This document shows positions 46,278 to 56,779 of a stretch of DNA of 64,000 nt, piece after piece. Each line of letters opens with the position of its first letter. Within the stretch, counting starts at the first letter, position 1. The stretch is from an uncultured Planctomycetaceae bacterium (GTDB lineage: Bacteria > Planctomycetota > Planctomycetia > Isosphaerales > Isosphaeraceae): positions 800,001-864,000 of the forward strand of contig CAWIAD010000001.1 in the NCBI GenBank assembly GCA_963833985.1, written 5' to 3'. The notes beneath the pieces are model-generated. The model did no database searches and was not told the origin of the DNA. It worked only from the letters and a program-made list of their open reading frames with translations. Made by a program: the position numbers and the translations under genes.

Positions 46278-46589
46278 TCACAGGTTCAGGTCGTTGGCGA
46301 TACTGTCAATGAACTGCACGGCCACCTTGCGGTTCTCGTTCGTGGCCAGCACCTTGGCGGCCAGGGAGAGCTCGGCGTCTACCCGCATCGTCTCCTTGGT
46401 GAACTGGACGATGAACGACAGCCATCTCGTCTTGATTGTCATCTCGGGCTTGGCCGGGTTTTCCAGCAGCTCGGACGGGACCGGAATCTCGTGCTTGCGG
46501 CGCTGGTACTCGGAGCGTATGGCCTCCATGGTGGGACTGTCCACGGGGCGCTTGAGCGGCCGCTCATACAGCTTTTCTCGCCAGGCCAT
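46278..46589 (-). CDS. Hypothetical protein (103 aa)
   Basis: Overlaps the ATPase stop by 26 nt, GAGG RBS, GC3-rich codon usage. Confidence 0.72.
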   Translation of the reverse strand: MAWREKLYERPLKRPVDSPTMEAIRSEYQRRKHEIPVPSELLENPAKPEMTIKTRWLSFIVQFTKETMRVDAELSLAAKVLATNENRKVAVQFIDSIANDLNL

Positions 46590-49212
46590 AAGCTTGCCTC
46601 ATCTCCTGTTCGTGCTTCTTCTCCGCCTCGATCTGGGCAATCTTCCGGAGCGGCATCATGCCGTTGGCCAGGGCGCCAATCGCCGAGACGTTGTTGGTGA
46701 TCACCGAGGCCATGATCCCGAAACCCATTGTAAAGACGCCCGCGATGCAGGCAATGTTCGGTATCAGGATCATGGTCCAGCTGCGCTTCACGTTGTGGTC
46801 AAGGTCCTTCGCGATGTCACGCAAATCGCAGAGCTTGGACAGGCCCTGCTCCATGAACACGATATGGGCCGTGTCCGTCGCGATCGAGGAGGCCCCGCGC
46901 AGCGAGATCGACACGTTCGCCTTCTTGAGGGCGATGGAATCGTTGATCCCGTCGCCCACGAAGCAGACCTTCTTGCCCTCTTTCTGCAATTTCGCCACGT
47001 AGTCGGCCTTGTCCGCCGGCAGAACCTGGGCGAAGTACCGGTCCATCCCCAGCGTCTCGGCCAGCTTGCGCATGGGCGCCTCGTGGTCGCCGGAAATGAT
47101 TGCCAGGTGCTTGATGCCCCGCGCCCTCAGCCCAGCGACGATGTCGCGAACTTCCGGCCGGACCGCCGCGTGCAGCTCGATCGCCCCGCCGACCTCGCCG
47201 TCCACGCCCACCAGCACCATCGTGTGGCCCTCACCGTGCGCCTCCTCCAGCGCCTGGCGAATCTCGGTGCACATCGGCAGACCTTCCAGCTCCATGAACC
47301 GCTTGCTACCGACGCGAATCATCCGTCCATGAACGTGCACGGTGATCCCGTAGCCAACCTTGTACTGCGTGTCGTCGGTGGGAGGAAGCTCGAAACCCAG
47401 ATCCTTGGCTTTCTGAAGGATGGCCAGGGCGATGGGATGGTGGAACTTCTTCTCGGCCGCGGCCGCGTACAGCAGGATCTCGTCGGCAGTCTGCCCCGGG
47501 GCGGCGATCACGCGGCCGACCTCGGGACGTTCCCGCGTGAGCGTGCCCGTCTTGTCGAAGAGGACCGTATCCACCTCGTTCATCAGTTCCAGGGCCCGGC
47601 CGTCCTTCACCAGTATTCCCTTGGTGGCGCACAGGGCCAGCGAGCTGAGCATCGCCAGCGGGGCGGCCATGCGGATGCCGGTCCCGAAATCGCTGTTCAG
47701 TACGGCCACTGCGCCGAAGGGGCCCATCGTGGCCATGCCCACCGCGCCGATGGTCAACGTCGGGATCACCGCCTTGTCGGCGAGGATCTCCCCCTTATGC
47801 TGCGAGCTGAGCTTGTAGCCGGCCGTGTCATTGAGAATCTGGCTGATCTTGGCCGACGCCGTCTCGCTGCCGGATTTCTCCACGGACACGAGAATCTTGC
47901 CAGCCACCAGCAGCGTCGACGCGAACACCCGGTCGCCCACGCCCTTCTCGGCCGGCGTCGATTCGCCGGTCAGTGCGTGCTGGTCGATCATCGCCAGCCC
48001 CTCGGCGATGATGCCGTCCACCGCGACCACCTCGCCGGTGTTCACCACGATGATGTCTCCGGCCGCCAACCGGTCCAGCGACACCTGCACCTCGACGCCG
48101 TCGCGATAGAGCCAGACGAACCGCGGCTGCTTGCCGAACGCATTCAGGAGCAGCTTCTTGGAGTTATCCTGCGTCTTCTTCACCAGCACCCGGCCGAAGC
48201 TCAGGCACCAGCAGAGCACGGCACCCGGGAAGATGGACAGCGTGGCCAGGCAGCCAACGACCACGATGGCATCGAGCACGTCCACGCCCAGCCGCTTGTC
48301 GACGGTGAGCACCTCGCGGGCGTTCTTGAACGTGGGGATGGACGTGTAGGCGAAGAGTCCGGCAGCCACCGGCAAGAGCCCTGGCGCGGCGAACTGGGCC
48401 ACGGCGGCCACCGGAATCGAGATCGTGCAGAGCGGCAGATGCAGGTCAGGACGGTCCTTGTGGGCAGGATGCTCGGCCGCGGCGAGGGCGGCCTCGATGA
48501 TCTCGATGATCTGGTCCCGCGTCAGCTCCTTGATGTCATATTGCACCAGCACCGTGGAGGTGAGCGGATTGGTCTTGTAGGAATCAATCCCCAGCACGCT
48601 CATGAGCTCGCGCTCGATGGCCTGGCAGAGATCGGACTTGCGGTGGATCAGCGGGTTCTTGATGCGGAGCCGGCCGGGGATGTCCTGCTTGATTTCCCAG
48701 TTCGTGATCGACGAGCCATAGCGGAAGAAGCGGATCTGGCCCTGCTCGTTGCGGATCGGCGTGACCCGGCTGATCGCCACGCCGTGCGGCGCTCCGTTCG
48801 GGGACGCGGGGGGGGTTCCCGGTCGAGACGGCAGGGCAGCCTCCGGTTCGGTCCGGCTCTCGTTCGGTGCCGTGGCCGCATGTTGTTCCGGGGTGGAAAC
48901 CGCCGTTGCATCCGCAACCGTGTGGACAACCTGGCCGGCCCCCTGCGGTTCACGGGCCCGGTCCGGGTCCAGGCAGGTGGTGATCCGCTGTACGACGTCG
49001 TCCAGTGTGAAGGATCGGGGACAGAAGCGCAGCTCCGCGTGGGGCATCTCCCCGTTCTTGCGATGTGAATTGATCGTGACGTCGGTGATCTCCGGCGCCT
49101 GGAAGACGCGCTCCAGGAACTGCCGGCAGGTCTCGTTGCCCGGCTCGGCGAAGAGGTGCCGGCTCTCGAGGCGAATCTGACCCTGGCCGGGGAAGCTGAT
49201 CGCGATGTCCAT
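46564..49212 (-). CDS. Heavy-metal P1B-type ATPase without CPC motif (P1B-6/FezB/CtpC-like)
   Basis: LTGES, DKTGTLT, HP (HHPIA), SGD, GDGINDS all intact. TM motif NSDFGTGIRMAAP replaces CPC. N-terminal HMA-like domains include IPGRLRI. Confidence 0.92.
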   Translation of the reverse strand: MDIAISFPGQGQIRLESRHLFAEPGNETCRQFLERVFQAPEITDVTINSHRKNGEMPHAELRFCPRSFTLDDVVQRITTCLDPDRAREPQGAGQVVHTVADATAVSTPEQHAATAPNESRTEPEAALPSRPGTPPASPNGAPHGVAISRVTPIRNEQGQIRFFRYGSSITNWEIKQDIPGRLRIKNPLIHRKSDLCQAIERELMSVLGIDSYKTNPLTSTVLVQYDIKELTRDQIIEIIEAALAAAEHPAHKDRPDLHLPLCTISIPVAAVAQFAAPGLLPVAAGLFAYTSIPTFKNAREVLTVDKRLGVDVLDAIVVVGCLATLSIFPGAVLCWCLSFGRVLVKKTQDNSKKLLLNAFGKQPRFVWLYRDGVEVQVSLDRLAAGDIIVVNTGEVVAVDGIIAEGLAMIDQHALTGESTPAEKGVGDRVFASTLLVAGKILVSVEKSGSETASAKISQILNDTAGYKLSSQHKGEILADKAVIPTLTIGAVGMATMGPFGAVAVLNSDFGTGIRMAAPLAMLSSLALCATKGILVKDGRALELMNEVDTVLFDKTGTLTRERPEVGRVIAAPGQTADEILLYAAAAEKKFHHPIALAILQKAKDLGFELPPTDDTQYKVGYGITVHVHGRMIRVGSKRFMELEGLPMCTEIRQALEEAHGEGHTMVLVGVDGEVGGAIELHAAVRPEVRDIVAGLRARGIKHLAIISGDHEAPMRKLAETLGMDRYFAQVLPADKADYVAKLQKEGKKVCFVGDGINDSIALKKANVSISLRGASSIATDTAHIVFMEQGLSKLCDLRDIAKDLDHNVKRSWTMILIPNIACIAGVFTMGFGIMASVITNNVSAIGALANGMMPLRKIAQIEAEKKHEQEMRQAYGLARKAV

Positions 49213-49454
49213 GAATGCCCCTGATGACTGTTCGAGCCGTTCGGGTATGCCCCGTCGTCCTTGCCGTCAGTACCGCCTGCCGCGCCGGCAGGCGCACGGG
49301 AATCTCCGCGCGCGGTGATCGAACTGGAACCGCTCCTGTCCAGATGTCGGTCGTTGCCGGACCCCGGCTTGACTTGCCTTCACAGGAAGAAATCGATTGC
49401 AGGTTGGTCGTGTCGCAAGAAAGTGGTGGAGAGCTGTGGCCCCCCGGGATGGGT

Positions 49455-49733
49455 CTAGGTCGCGGTCGTGGCCTCGGCAGTACCGCTGGGCGTTGTGGCC
49501 CCGGCGCCGGATTGTTTCATCTCCGCCATCGCGTCCTGAACGGCTTCCACCTTCTCCGCCACCTTTTTCGCCATCTCGGAGTACGATTCGCCGAACGCCG
49601 CGCCGGCCCCGGCGAGCGCCCCGGAGAGCAGGGGCGCGAATTTTTCCTTCATGGCCGGGTAATTCGCACCCGCCACGGCACCGATGACGAGGCCGGCGGT
49701 GAAGAACATGGCTTCAGATCGAGTCATGGGCAT
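49455..49733 (-). CDS. Small GxxxG membrane/coiled-coil protein (DUF5132/FezA-like architecture)
   Basis: FFTAGLVIGAVAGA and SGALAGAGAAFG glycine zippers followed by the helix EMAKKVAEKVEAVQDAMAEMK. Confidence 0.7.
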   Translation of the reverse strand: MPMTRSEAMFFTAGLVIGAVAGANYPAMKEKFAPLLSGALAGAGAAFGESYSEMAKKVAEKVEAVQDAMAEMKQSGAGATTPSGTAEATTAT

Positions 49734-49851
49734 CAGGGTCTGACTCCGGCGCGTGAGATCCAATCGGTTTTCAGGTGAGCGCGTCTCTCAACAGTATCCG
49801 AGATCAGGCGCGACTCGTCGAGAGAATCGCCAACCGGGTATGGCTCGCCGC

Positions 49852-50214
49852 TCACGACTGGGCAATGGCCGGCGTTGCTTCGGCGGAGCCGCCTTCAAGC
49901 TTTCGTTTCTTCATCTCGTCCACCATGTCCACAGCGGCATTGGCCCCGTCAATCAGCCCGTGGACAATCGGATTGTTCTTGGGCACGGACCGAGCCACCA
50001 GTATGGACGGGAAGACCACTCCGTAGGAAATCGTATAGCACGTCGTGTATACGAACCGCGAAACGAACTGGTTCACCGCCGGCAAGGCCTGGTCCACTCT
50101 CTGCCGGGCGTCGGCTGCCCCATCCCTGGCCGCCTGCACGGCCTGCTCCATGGCATCGGCCACCGTTTTCAGTGGGTCGCTCGCATGGGTCCCCACCGTG
50201 GAATTGTCACTCAT
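49852..50214 (-). CDS. Hypothetical protein, 'ISYGVVFP' family paralogue 1
   Basis: YTTCYTISYGVVFPSILVARSVPKNNPIVHGLIDGANAA. First gene of the ATPase run. Confidence 0.82.
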   Translation of the reverse strand: MSDNSTVGTHASDPLKTVADAMEQAVQAARDGAADARQRVDQALPAVNQFVSRFVYTTCYTISYGVVFPSILVARSVPKNNPIVHGLIDGANAAVDMVDEMKKRKLEGGSAEATPAIAQS

Positions 50215-50689
50215 GGCTTCTTGCTCCGGATTGAAAGGGGAGATCGAGCGTGCTCACATGGCATGTCGAGTGGCAATCTGTCAACTAAAAGCAAATCGTA
50301 TGCCCTCGCTGCCCCTATACTCAAGTGCGCCTGCCAATCGTTGCACGCGGCTTCGTTTCGCGTACTCTGATCGGCAAAACAACACGCGGAAAAGAGAAAC
50401 TGCAAAAAAAGGATAAACTACGCGGTTTATGAGGTCAAGTCGTATTCTTGCCAGTCTCCTCAACGCAAATCCGTTCTTGCCAATGATTTCAGCAATCCCT
50501 TCCGGACCGTGATCAGAGCTTCGGCAGGCTCGGAGGTTGAGTATCGATACTGTGACCGCAGTGCTCACGCTGCCCGGATATCCTTCGTTCCCTCCACAGA
50601 GTCGTATCGAAAAAACGGGTCCTATCCAGGCATGGAGCTGGGAATGTCATTCCTGCATCGTGTGGGCGGCCTATTCGGCCGCCGATCGT

Positions 50690-51358
50690 TCAATGCCCCG
50701 TCTGGGACATGGGTGCATCGAGCGGCTTGGACTGGGGCGACCCATCCTGCCTCAAGAAGATAGATAGCACAACCATCGCCCCCAGCGCCAGGAACTCGCT
50801 CTGGTAGTTCTGCAACGACTGGAACCAGAAGGTTGAAGTCGTGAGGAAGCCCACGAACGAAACGGCCGCCTCGCCGTGCTGGACCTGCTCGACGTTGTAC
50901 TCGAGCCGGCCCCCGACCGCATGGGCGAGGAACGACATGATGAAGAGTGCGAAGAAGGCGATGGACAGAGAGTGCGCATAGACCGCCCGCACCCAACCCC
51001 CTTGGCGGGCCGGCCAGGGCGCATCGGGTCCGCTCGACCGTGCCTGCCCCCCACTGCCCGAGGAACCATCAAGCTTCTTGGAAACGGCCGAACCCTTCTG
51101 AAACAGGAATGCGGCGAACAGGACATTGCAGCCCATCTGCAAGAACTCGCTCTCCCAGTTCTCGAAAATGGCTTCGATGTTCTGGCCGCAAACGAGGTAA
51201 TCCAGGTAACTCAGAGGCGAGAGCCCAAGCTGTGTGCGCTGCTGGTTGTAGGTGGCCTGCCCCACGATCGTCTGACCGACCAGAAAAACCGCGAAGAGTG
51301 CAAACAGAGTGATCGACAGGCCATTCTCCCGGAGAATTCGCATCATGAGACTGCTCAC
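50690..51358 (-). CDS. DUF6766-family membrane protein
   Basis: ENGLSI, FENWESEFLQ, QKGS..SK, YAHSLS, FWFQSLQNYQSEFL, LRQDGSPQSKP. Confidence 0.85.
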   Translation of the reverse strand: MSSLMMRILRENGLSITLFALFAVFLVGQTIVGQATYNQQRTQLGLSPLSYLDYLVCGQNIEAIFENWESEFLQMGCNVLFAAFLFQKGSAVSKKLDGSSGSGGQARSSGPDAPWPARQGGWVRAVYAHSLSIAFFALFIMSFLAHAVGGRLEYNVEQVQHGEAAVSFVGFLTTSTFWFQSLQNYQSEFLALGAMVVLSIFLRQDGSPQSKPLDAPMSQTGH

Positions 51359-51409
51359 GATGAACCAGGTGTCATGCCGCGAAACAGCCCGCGCTCTCCG
51401 TGCGACCGC

Positions 51410-52207
51410 TCAATCCGTTAGCTGGTCCGTGAAGCGCGGAAACCAGCGGCGAAGCGGAGCGACAACCCGATCCCCGGCCGCTCGAGCCCACTCCCCGCTG
51501 CGGGGGGGCAAGCCTCTTCGCCAGCGAGGATAGGCCAGGCAAGCCAGGACGATGAGCCCCACAAAGAGCACGTGAACCGGCACGCCGGGCATGCCGCCCA
51601 TCAGGGAGGCCGTTTTGCCGGGTGTGGAATGTCCCGATGCGGCCGTGAGATCGCTCCAGAACATCTCGCCCGCCGTCACGGCCAGAACCAGGGCTCCCGC
51701 CGAGACGATCCACTTGAAGCGCGCCATGAGCTCGACGATGGCCGTGCTGAAGATGAAGATCATGAGTCCGGAGATCAACAGCCCCAGGCCCATGCGGATC
51801 GGGTCTCCGCGGCAGATGCTGGCGACGGCAACGACGTTGTCGAAGCTCATCGCCAGATTTGCCAGGGCAATGCGCAGGATCGATGCGCCCATCCTGGAGC
51901 GGCCCTCTGTTCCGACGCCAACCTCGGGAGCAGACTCCTCCTGCATGAGCTTGCAGGCAATGATCAAGAGCAACACCGCACCGGCGAGCCGTAGCCCGGG
52001 AACGCCCAGCAGGTCGGCGATGAGCAAGGTGAAAACCGCTTGCATCGCAACCGCAAGGATCCCTCCCCAGAGCACAACCCGGCGCCGTTGCCGTGCCGGC
52101 AGGTTGTGAGCCGCCAGCGCGATGACAACCGCGTTATCGCCGGACAACGCGACATTGATCAGGGAAATCTCGAGAACCGAGAACGTATAAACAAGAATTG
52201 CATCCAA
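51410..52207 (-). CDS. TerC-family (YjbE-like) integral membrane protein
   Basis: NVALSGDNAVVIALAA..LP and ANLAMSFDNVVAVA. Start (TTG 52207) is uncertain. Confidence 0.88.
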   Translation of the reverse strand: MDAILVYTFSVLEISLINVALSGDNAVVIALAAHNLPARQRRRVVLWGGILAVAMQAVFTLLIADLLGVPGLRLAGAVLLLIIACKLMQEESAPEVGVGTEGRSRMGASILRIALANLAMSFDNVVAVASICRGDPIRMGLGLLISGLMIFIFSTAIVELMARFKWIVSAGALVLAVTAGEMFWSDLTAASGHSTPGKTASLMGGMPGVPVHVLFVGLIVLACLAYPRWRRGLPPRSGEWARAAGDRVVAPLRRWFPRFTDQLTD

Positions 52208-52647
52208 CGGGACTATCCTCGGACTTTGCGACACTCTCGCTCGGCATCGACGCGCCCGAAGCGAAGGCTTGCTCAACAATGCAAAACAGGTGCCGCGGCT
52301 TTGTTTAACGGGGGGGGCGGGCGGCACAGCTTCAGCGGGCAGAGCCGCCGCGAGTCAACCGTGTTTATCGCTATTTTGATGCAGAAGTGTTCTCGCGGAC
52401 GCGCAGGGCGATTCCCGGCGATGCCTCCGTGAAATGAATTTCTGTTTATTAACAAATATTATGTGGTGACGGGCCCGCGAAATCGTCTCTATTGCCAGAG
52501 TCAGAACCCGCGTACCACGGGGTGCTGGCAGCGATGTTGCATCGCTTTTACGGCGGTTCATGCCGTGAGCCGGACCCGGGGCGGTCGTCCCGGAGCCAGC
52601 TCAGTTCGCGTCTGATCACGCAGGAAAGAGAAGAAAGAGGCAATTCC

Positions 52648-53087
52648 ATGGCAGAACATGCCACGACAGATTCGCCCTCGGTTGCTGATGGCGCGCGCAG
52701 TGGTGGAGAAGCCGTCGTGAGTGACGCCCTGGCGTCGGCCCGCGAGGGGCTCTCCGGGATGATCCCCCAGCGCCAGGGCGTTCTTGGACGCACGGTCTAT
52801 TCCACGTCGTATGCGATTTCCTACGGCGTCGTCTTTCCCACCATGCTCGTGGCCCGCGCGCTACCCAGGGACAATGCACTCTTCCACGGCCTGGCCGACG
52901 GGGCAGAAGCTGCGCGCGAACGGGTTTTCGGCTGGGAAGACAGCCAGGAGCACGAAGAGACGGCCGGCTCGGAGGAGGCCGGGCAGAGCGAGGGAGACTC
53001 CGATGGCGAGGGACAAGAAGCCACTCGCGGATCCTCACGGAACCGCCGTCGCGGCCGTCAGCGCGGGGGCGCAAATCCTCCCGGTGA
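52648..53087 (+). CDS. Hypothetical protein, 'ISYGVVFP' family paralogue 2 with acidic then Arg-rich tail
   Basis: YSTSYAISYGVVFPTMLVARALPRDNALFHGLADGAEAA. The ORF reads to 53250 but a G-run indel near 53066 probably puts the stop at 53087. Confidence 0.75.
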
Positions 53088-53144
53088 GCCGGCTGCTCGC
53101 GTGGCCGCTCGCCCGGTATCCCGCGGTCGACAGGGCTCGACGCA

Positions 53145-53924
53145 TCATGCGGAATTGATCCGCAGCGGGTTCGAGGTGCCGTCGAGCACGAGCGTACCTC
53201 TGAAAATGATGGAGACGTTGCCCCTCCCCCACCCGCTGGCATGGAGATAGCCGCCATTGCCCGGGTGATAGATGAGCTGGATGGTCCCCGAGCCGGAAGC
53301 GTTGGCGAAGGCTCCCGAGCTGGCCGAGGTGACGATCCAGTTCAGCGTTGTGGGCCGCCCGTTGGGCGGCTGGCTGGGGTCTCCGGAGATCTGGACGATG
53401 ATGAAGCTTCCGGTCATGAGAAAGCTCTTGGGGTAAAGCGTGGCAGAGCCACTGGGGCCCTGCGATGCCGAGGACGGGGTCTGGAACCCTAGCTGGATGT
53501 TGCCGTGCAGAAATGCGGTCGAATTGCCGCCGGCATTCGCATATGTTTGCGAGATGTCGCCGGTGAACCGCGGCGGACCTATGATGTACGGCCCGTAGAA
53601 GACCGCGACGAAGTTCTCGCGCAACTGCTCGTGGGGCGTCGGCGCTCCTGAAACCTGCGAGACGGTCGAGGAGTTGCTGGACACGGCCCCCTGGAGGTTC
53701 AGTTGTGTCGAGCCCAGGGAGAACGCGGGACTCTGGCTTGAGCCCGTGCTCGCGTTGGCGGAGGGAGTTGCACTGGTCTGCGCCTGGACGACGGCGCTGT
53801 GCCTGCGTGTGTGAGCGGGCGCCGGGCGTGCCAGACCGTGGAGCGACGATGGCAACTCGCGCTGTTCCAGGAGCTCGATGAGCGGGCCGATCGGCTGACC
53901 GGGACCTGTTCTCTTTCGTTTCAT
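53145..53924 (-). CDS. Secreted beta-rich hypothetical protein with planctomycete export motif
   Basis: MKRKR...LIELLEQRELPS leader; TSASSGAFANASGSGTI. Confidence 0.75.
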   Translation of the reverse strand: MKRKRTGPGQPIGPLIELLEQRELPSSLHGLARPAPAHTRRHSAVVQAQTSATPSANASTGSSQSPAFSLGSTQLNLQGAVSSNSSTVSQVSGAPTPHEQLRENFVAVFYGPYIIGPPRFTGDISQTYANAGGNSTAFLHGNIQLGFQTPSSASQGPSGSATLYPKSFLMTGSFIIVQISGDPSQPPNGRPTTLNWIVTSASSGAFANASGSGTIQLIYHPGNGGYLHASGWGRGNVSIIFRGTLVLDGTSNPLRINSA

Positions 53925-53947
53925 CGGGTTCTCTCCCGTCTCCGGTC

Positions 53948-55845
53948 TCAGGGCATGATCCGTAAACCAATCGCCGTGTTCAGGCTCAACGTGTCTTGCC
54001 GGTGCTGGAGCAGGATGTTTCGATAATGCTGAACCACCTGGTTGTACTCCTGCTGCTGGCTGGTGTACTGGTCAATCTTCGACGGGTCCTAGCGGTAATC
54101 CTGAAAGGCCAGGTCGCGCGTCCGCCGGGCGGCCGGCAGCACTTCCTGCTCCATCTCGCCGATCGACTCGCGGCTCAGCTCGAAGCTGCGGATCGCGTCC
54201 GCCGCCTCGTCGAGGACCCGCCGCTCCATCGACCGCAATTCAAGCTGGGTTTGCGACACATTGGCCTGGGCCAGCATGATGTTGCCCTGGTTGCGGTTGA
54301 AAACGGGCAGCGCCGCATTGATGCCCACCGCCCACGAGTACGTGTCCTTGGTGCCGAACGCCCGACCCGACTGGTCGGTGTACGGCTGGTAAACAAGGTA
54401 GACGTCAGAGGCGCGGTTGGCCCTGGCCAGCCGCACCTCCGATTCGGCCCGGCTCAGCGCAAGCCGGTATGCGGCCAGGTCGGGACGGGAATCGACCGCA
54501 GTCTGGACCAGTTGCTCGGCCGACATGGGCAGTTCCCGGATCTCCCGCAGCGAACCGCGCAGCTCCAGCCGTTCGGCATCTTGCGGGGGAATGTTCAGCA
54601 TGCGAGCGAGCTGGCGCTTCGAACGAGCCAGCATTTGCAAGGATTGCTTGAGTTGAAGCTGCGCCTGCCGCGCCTGGTTCCGAAGATATGCCACAGCATG
54701 TGATGCGTCGGCTTGATCCTTCCAGGCCTTCTGCCTGGACTGGTCGGTCGTGCGCGGGTTGTTCTGGAGGCTACGGGCCTGGGTCTCTTTTTGCGCGACC
54801 GGGCCTCCGCCCGGTCGAGGATGCGCTGGATGCCTTCTTGCAGGGCATGCCCGAAGCGGACGTTCGCCCGCGATGCGAGAACGTTGAGATACGCCGTGTA
54901 CAGCTCGTCGATCATCTTCCGGGCGTAATCCTGCAACTGTGCCTCGGTCACGCGCCTGGCCCGCTCGGCCACCTCGACCCGCGCCGGCCACTTGCGGGTG
55001 ATGTCGATCGGAATCGTCACATTGACGCCATATTGCGGCTGGCCGCCACTGCCGCCGGGACGCGAGACAGAGTAAGTTCCATAGGGAACGAGCTGGCTGC
55101 TGCCATTGATGATCGGGTTCGAGCGCAATCCCGCCGTGAGAATGTCGGCGTCCGACTTTGTGAGCTCGAAACGGAGGGCCATCATGTCCAGGCTTTGCTG
55201 AATCAAGAGCTCGATGGCGCGGTCCAGAGTCAGTCCATCGGCCGGCCCGAGTTCATCCTGCCGTGCTGGAACCTCCATGGCGGCCCGCGACCCCAGGGTG
55301 ACCGGATCAAAACCGGAGCGCTGGATCTCCTGACGATTGGCCTGGATCTCGTTACGCAGGCTCTTCCGCACCGAGTCGAAGCTGAGCGGGTCTGCTCCAC
55401 GGCCAGAGCGGGCCAGCAGTCCCGATGAACCCACGCTCGCACCGGTGCGCCGTTCTCGGCTTGACGGCACGGTGTTTGACGCGTGCGCCCCCGGGGCACC
55501 CAGCGGCGGTCCAATCGTCGATTCGTCGGGATCCGGTGAGCCAGGGTCGCCTGGCAGCCGTGGCAAGAGCGGCGACCCCAGCGCCTCGCCTCCGCGTGCC
55601 CGTCCGCCCGACATGCCGCCGAAGTCGTCCATCTGGGTGGACGCCTGCCCGGATACGCCTGTGGGTCGCGAGGATCCGCGTGGGACGGCCGCGGTACCCG
55701 GGCCGCCTCCGCCCTGACTGCCGGGCGGGCCGCCAGCGCCAAGATTCAGCCCCTGAGCGCTTGCCGTGCCGGGACAATGGCCAGTCATCAGCATCGCCAG
55801 GCACGAGGTTAGGGTCAGGATCCGGCAGAACGGCACTCTCGACAT
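53948..55845 (-). CDS. TolC/CzcC-like outer-membrane efflux protein; frameshift near 54800 and in-frame TAG at 54089-54091
   Basis: LTLDRAIE, ADILTAGLRSNP, RPDLAA, LPVFNRNQGNI. The frame continues past the TAG to ...QEYNQVVQHYR...LSLNTAIGLRIMP*. Confidence 0.8.
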
Positions 55846-56157
55846 TGCACAGTTCCCCGGTCCCGCAGAGTTCGCCGCGCAAACGAGATAACAATCGCTA
55901 ATTTCGGATCAACCTGTATATCCGGAATGCTTTTTCTGCGGCTCGTGAAGCAAAACAGAGGCTTGTCCATGGACCGCGGCGTGACGGCTCGATGGGGAAC
56001 AGGTTTCAAGGTGGTGATTGCCCGGATTTGACTTCGACGATCACCATGGTAGATATCTTCGCGGCAGCAGGCACACAGGATGGCGCCATGTTTCGCCGAA
56101 TCGTGTTGAGCAACGGCTTGACGGCCGGGCAGGTCACTGAACCCATCTGGAGGGGGG

Positions 56158-56763
56158 ATGCGACGTTCCTGCAAGCGGTTTCGGCCCAGCATCGAGGCCG
56201 AACTCGAAGACCGGCTGCTGCTTCATCGCTCAGGCGTGGCCGCGGAACTGCAACACTCGGTGCAGCAGACGCCTGTCCGGCGGTACTTGCCCCTCTCGGT
56301 TGCCGTCAACGAGACGAGCGGCAATTTCGCCAGCTTCAACCAGCTCGTCACGTCGTATGTCCATGTGCTTTTCAATTTCAATGGCTCGTTTCCCAGCCCG
56401 GGCACCAGCGGGGCCACGTCCAGCAATCCAGACGGAACCATGTTGCTCTCAAGCAACTACAATCAATCCATTGCATCCGTCACGGCCATTCTGAGCCAGT
56501 CTGTCGCCACGAGCATCTCGAATGTACGGCTTCGTCCCGGCACCGCGGCGCTCATCAGTGCCCGCATCAACGGCAGCTCTCCGGACAGCCTCGTGTCGCA
56601 ATTGACCGCCGTGCCGGTGAGCGCTCTGGCCAGCCAGGGGCCATCCAGCTCCTCGGCCCAGGCCGCAGCCTTTCTACCAATCACCCAGGCGATCGATTCG
56701 GCGCAGTCGGACGTGATTGCCGCTCTGATTGCGGGTTCGCGGGCTCGGCCGCGCTGGCGCTGA
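56158..56763 (+). CDS. Secreted hypothetical protein with planctomycete export motif
   Basis: GGAGG RBS; MRRSCKRFRPSIEAELEDRLLL leader. Confidence 0.75.
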   Translation: MRRSCKRFRPSIEAELEDRLLLHRSGVAAELQHSVQQTPVRRYLPLSVAVNETSGNFASFNQLVTSYVHVLFNFNGSFPSPGTSGATSSNPDGTMLLSSNYNQSIASVTAILSQSVATSISNVRLRPGTAALISARINGSSPDSLVSQLTAVPVSALASQGPSSSSAQAAAFLPITQAIDSAQSDVIAALIAGSRARPRWR

Positions 56764-56779
56764 GATTACGAACCAGTGG

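Noticed and set aside
54089..54091. Pyrrolysine or other stop-codon recoding
   Set aside because: Single instance, no pyl machinery in the window, and TAG serves as a normal stop elsewhere (e.g. 5670, 38557).
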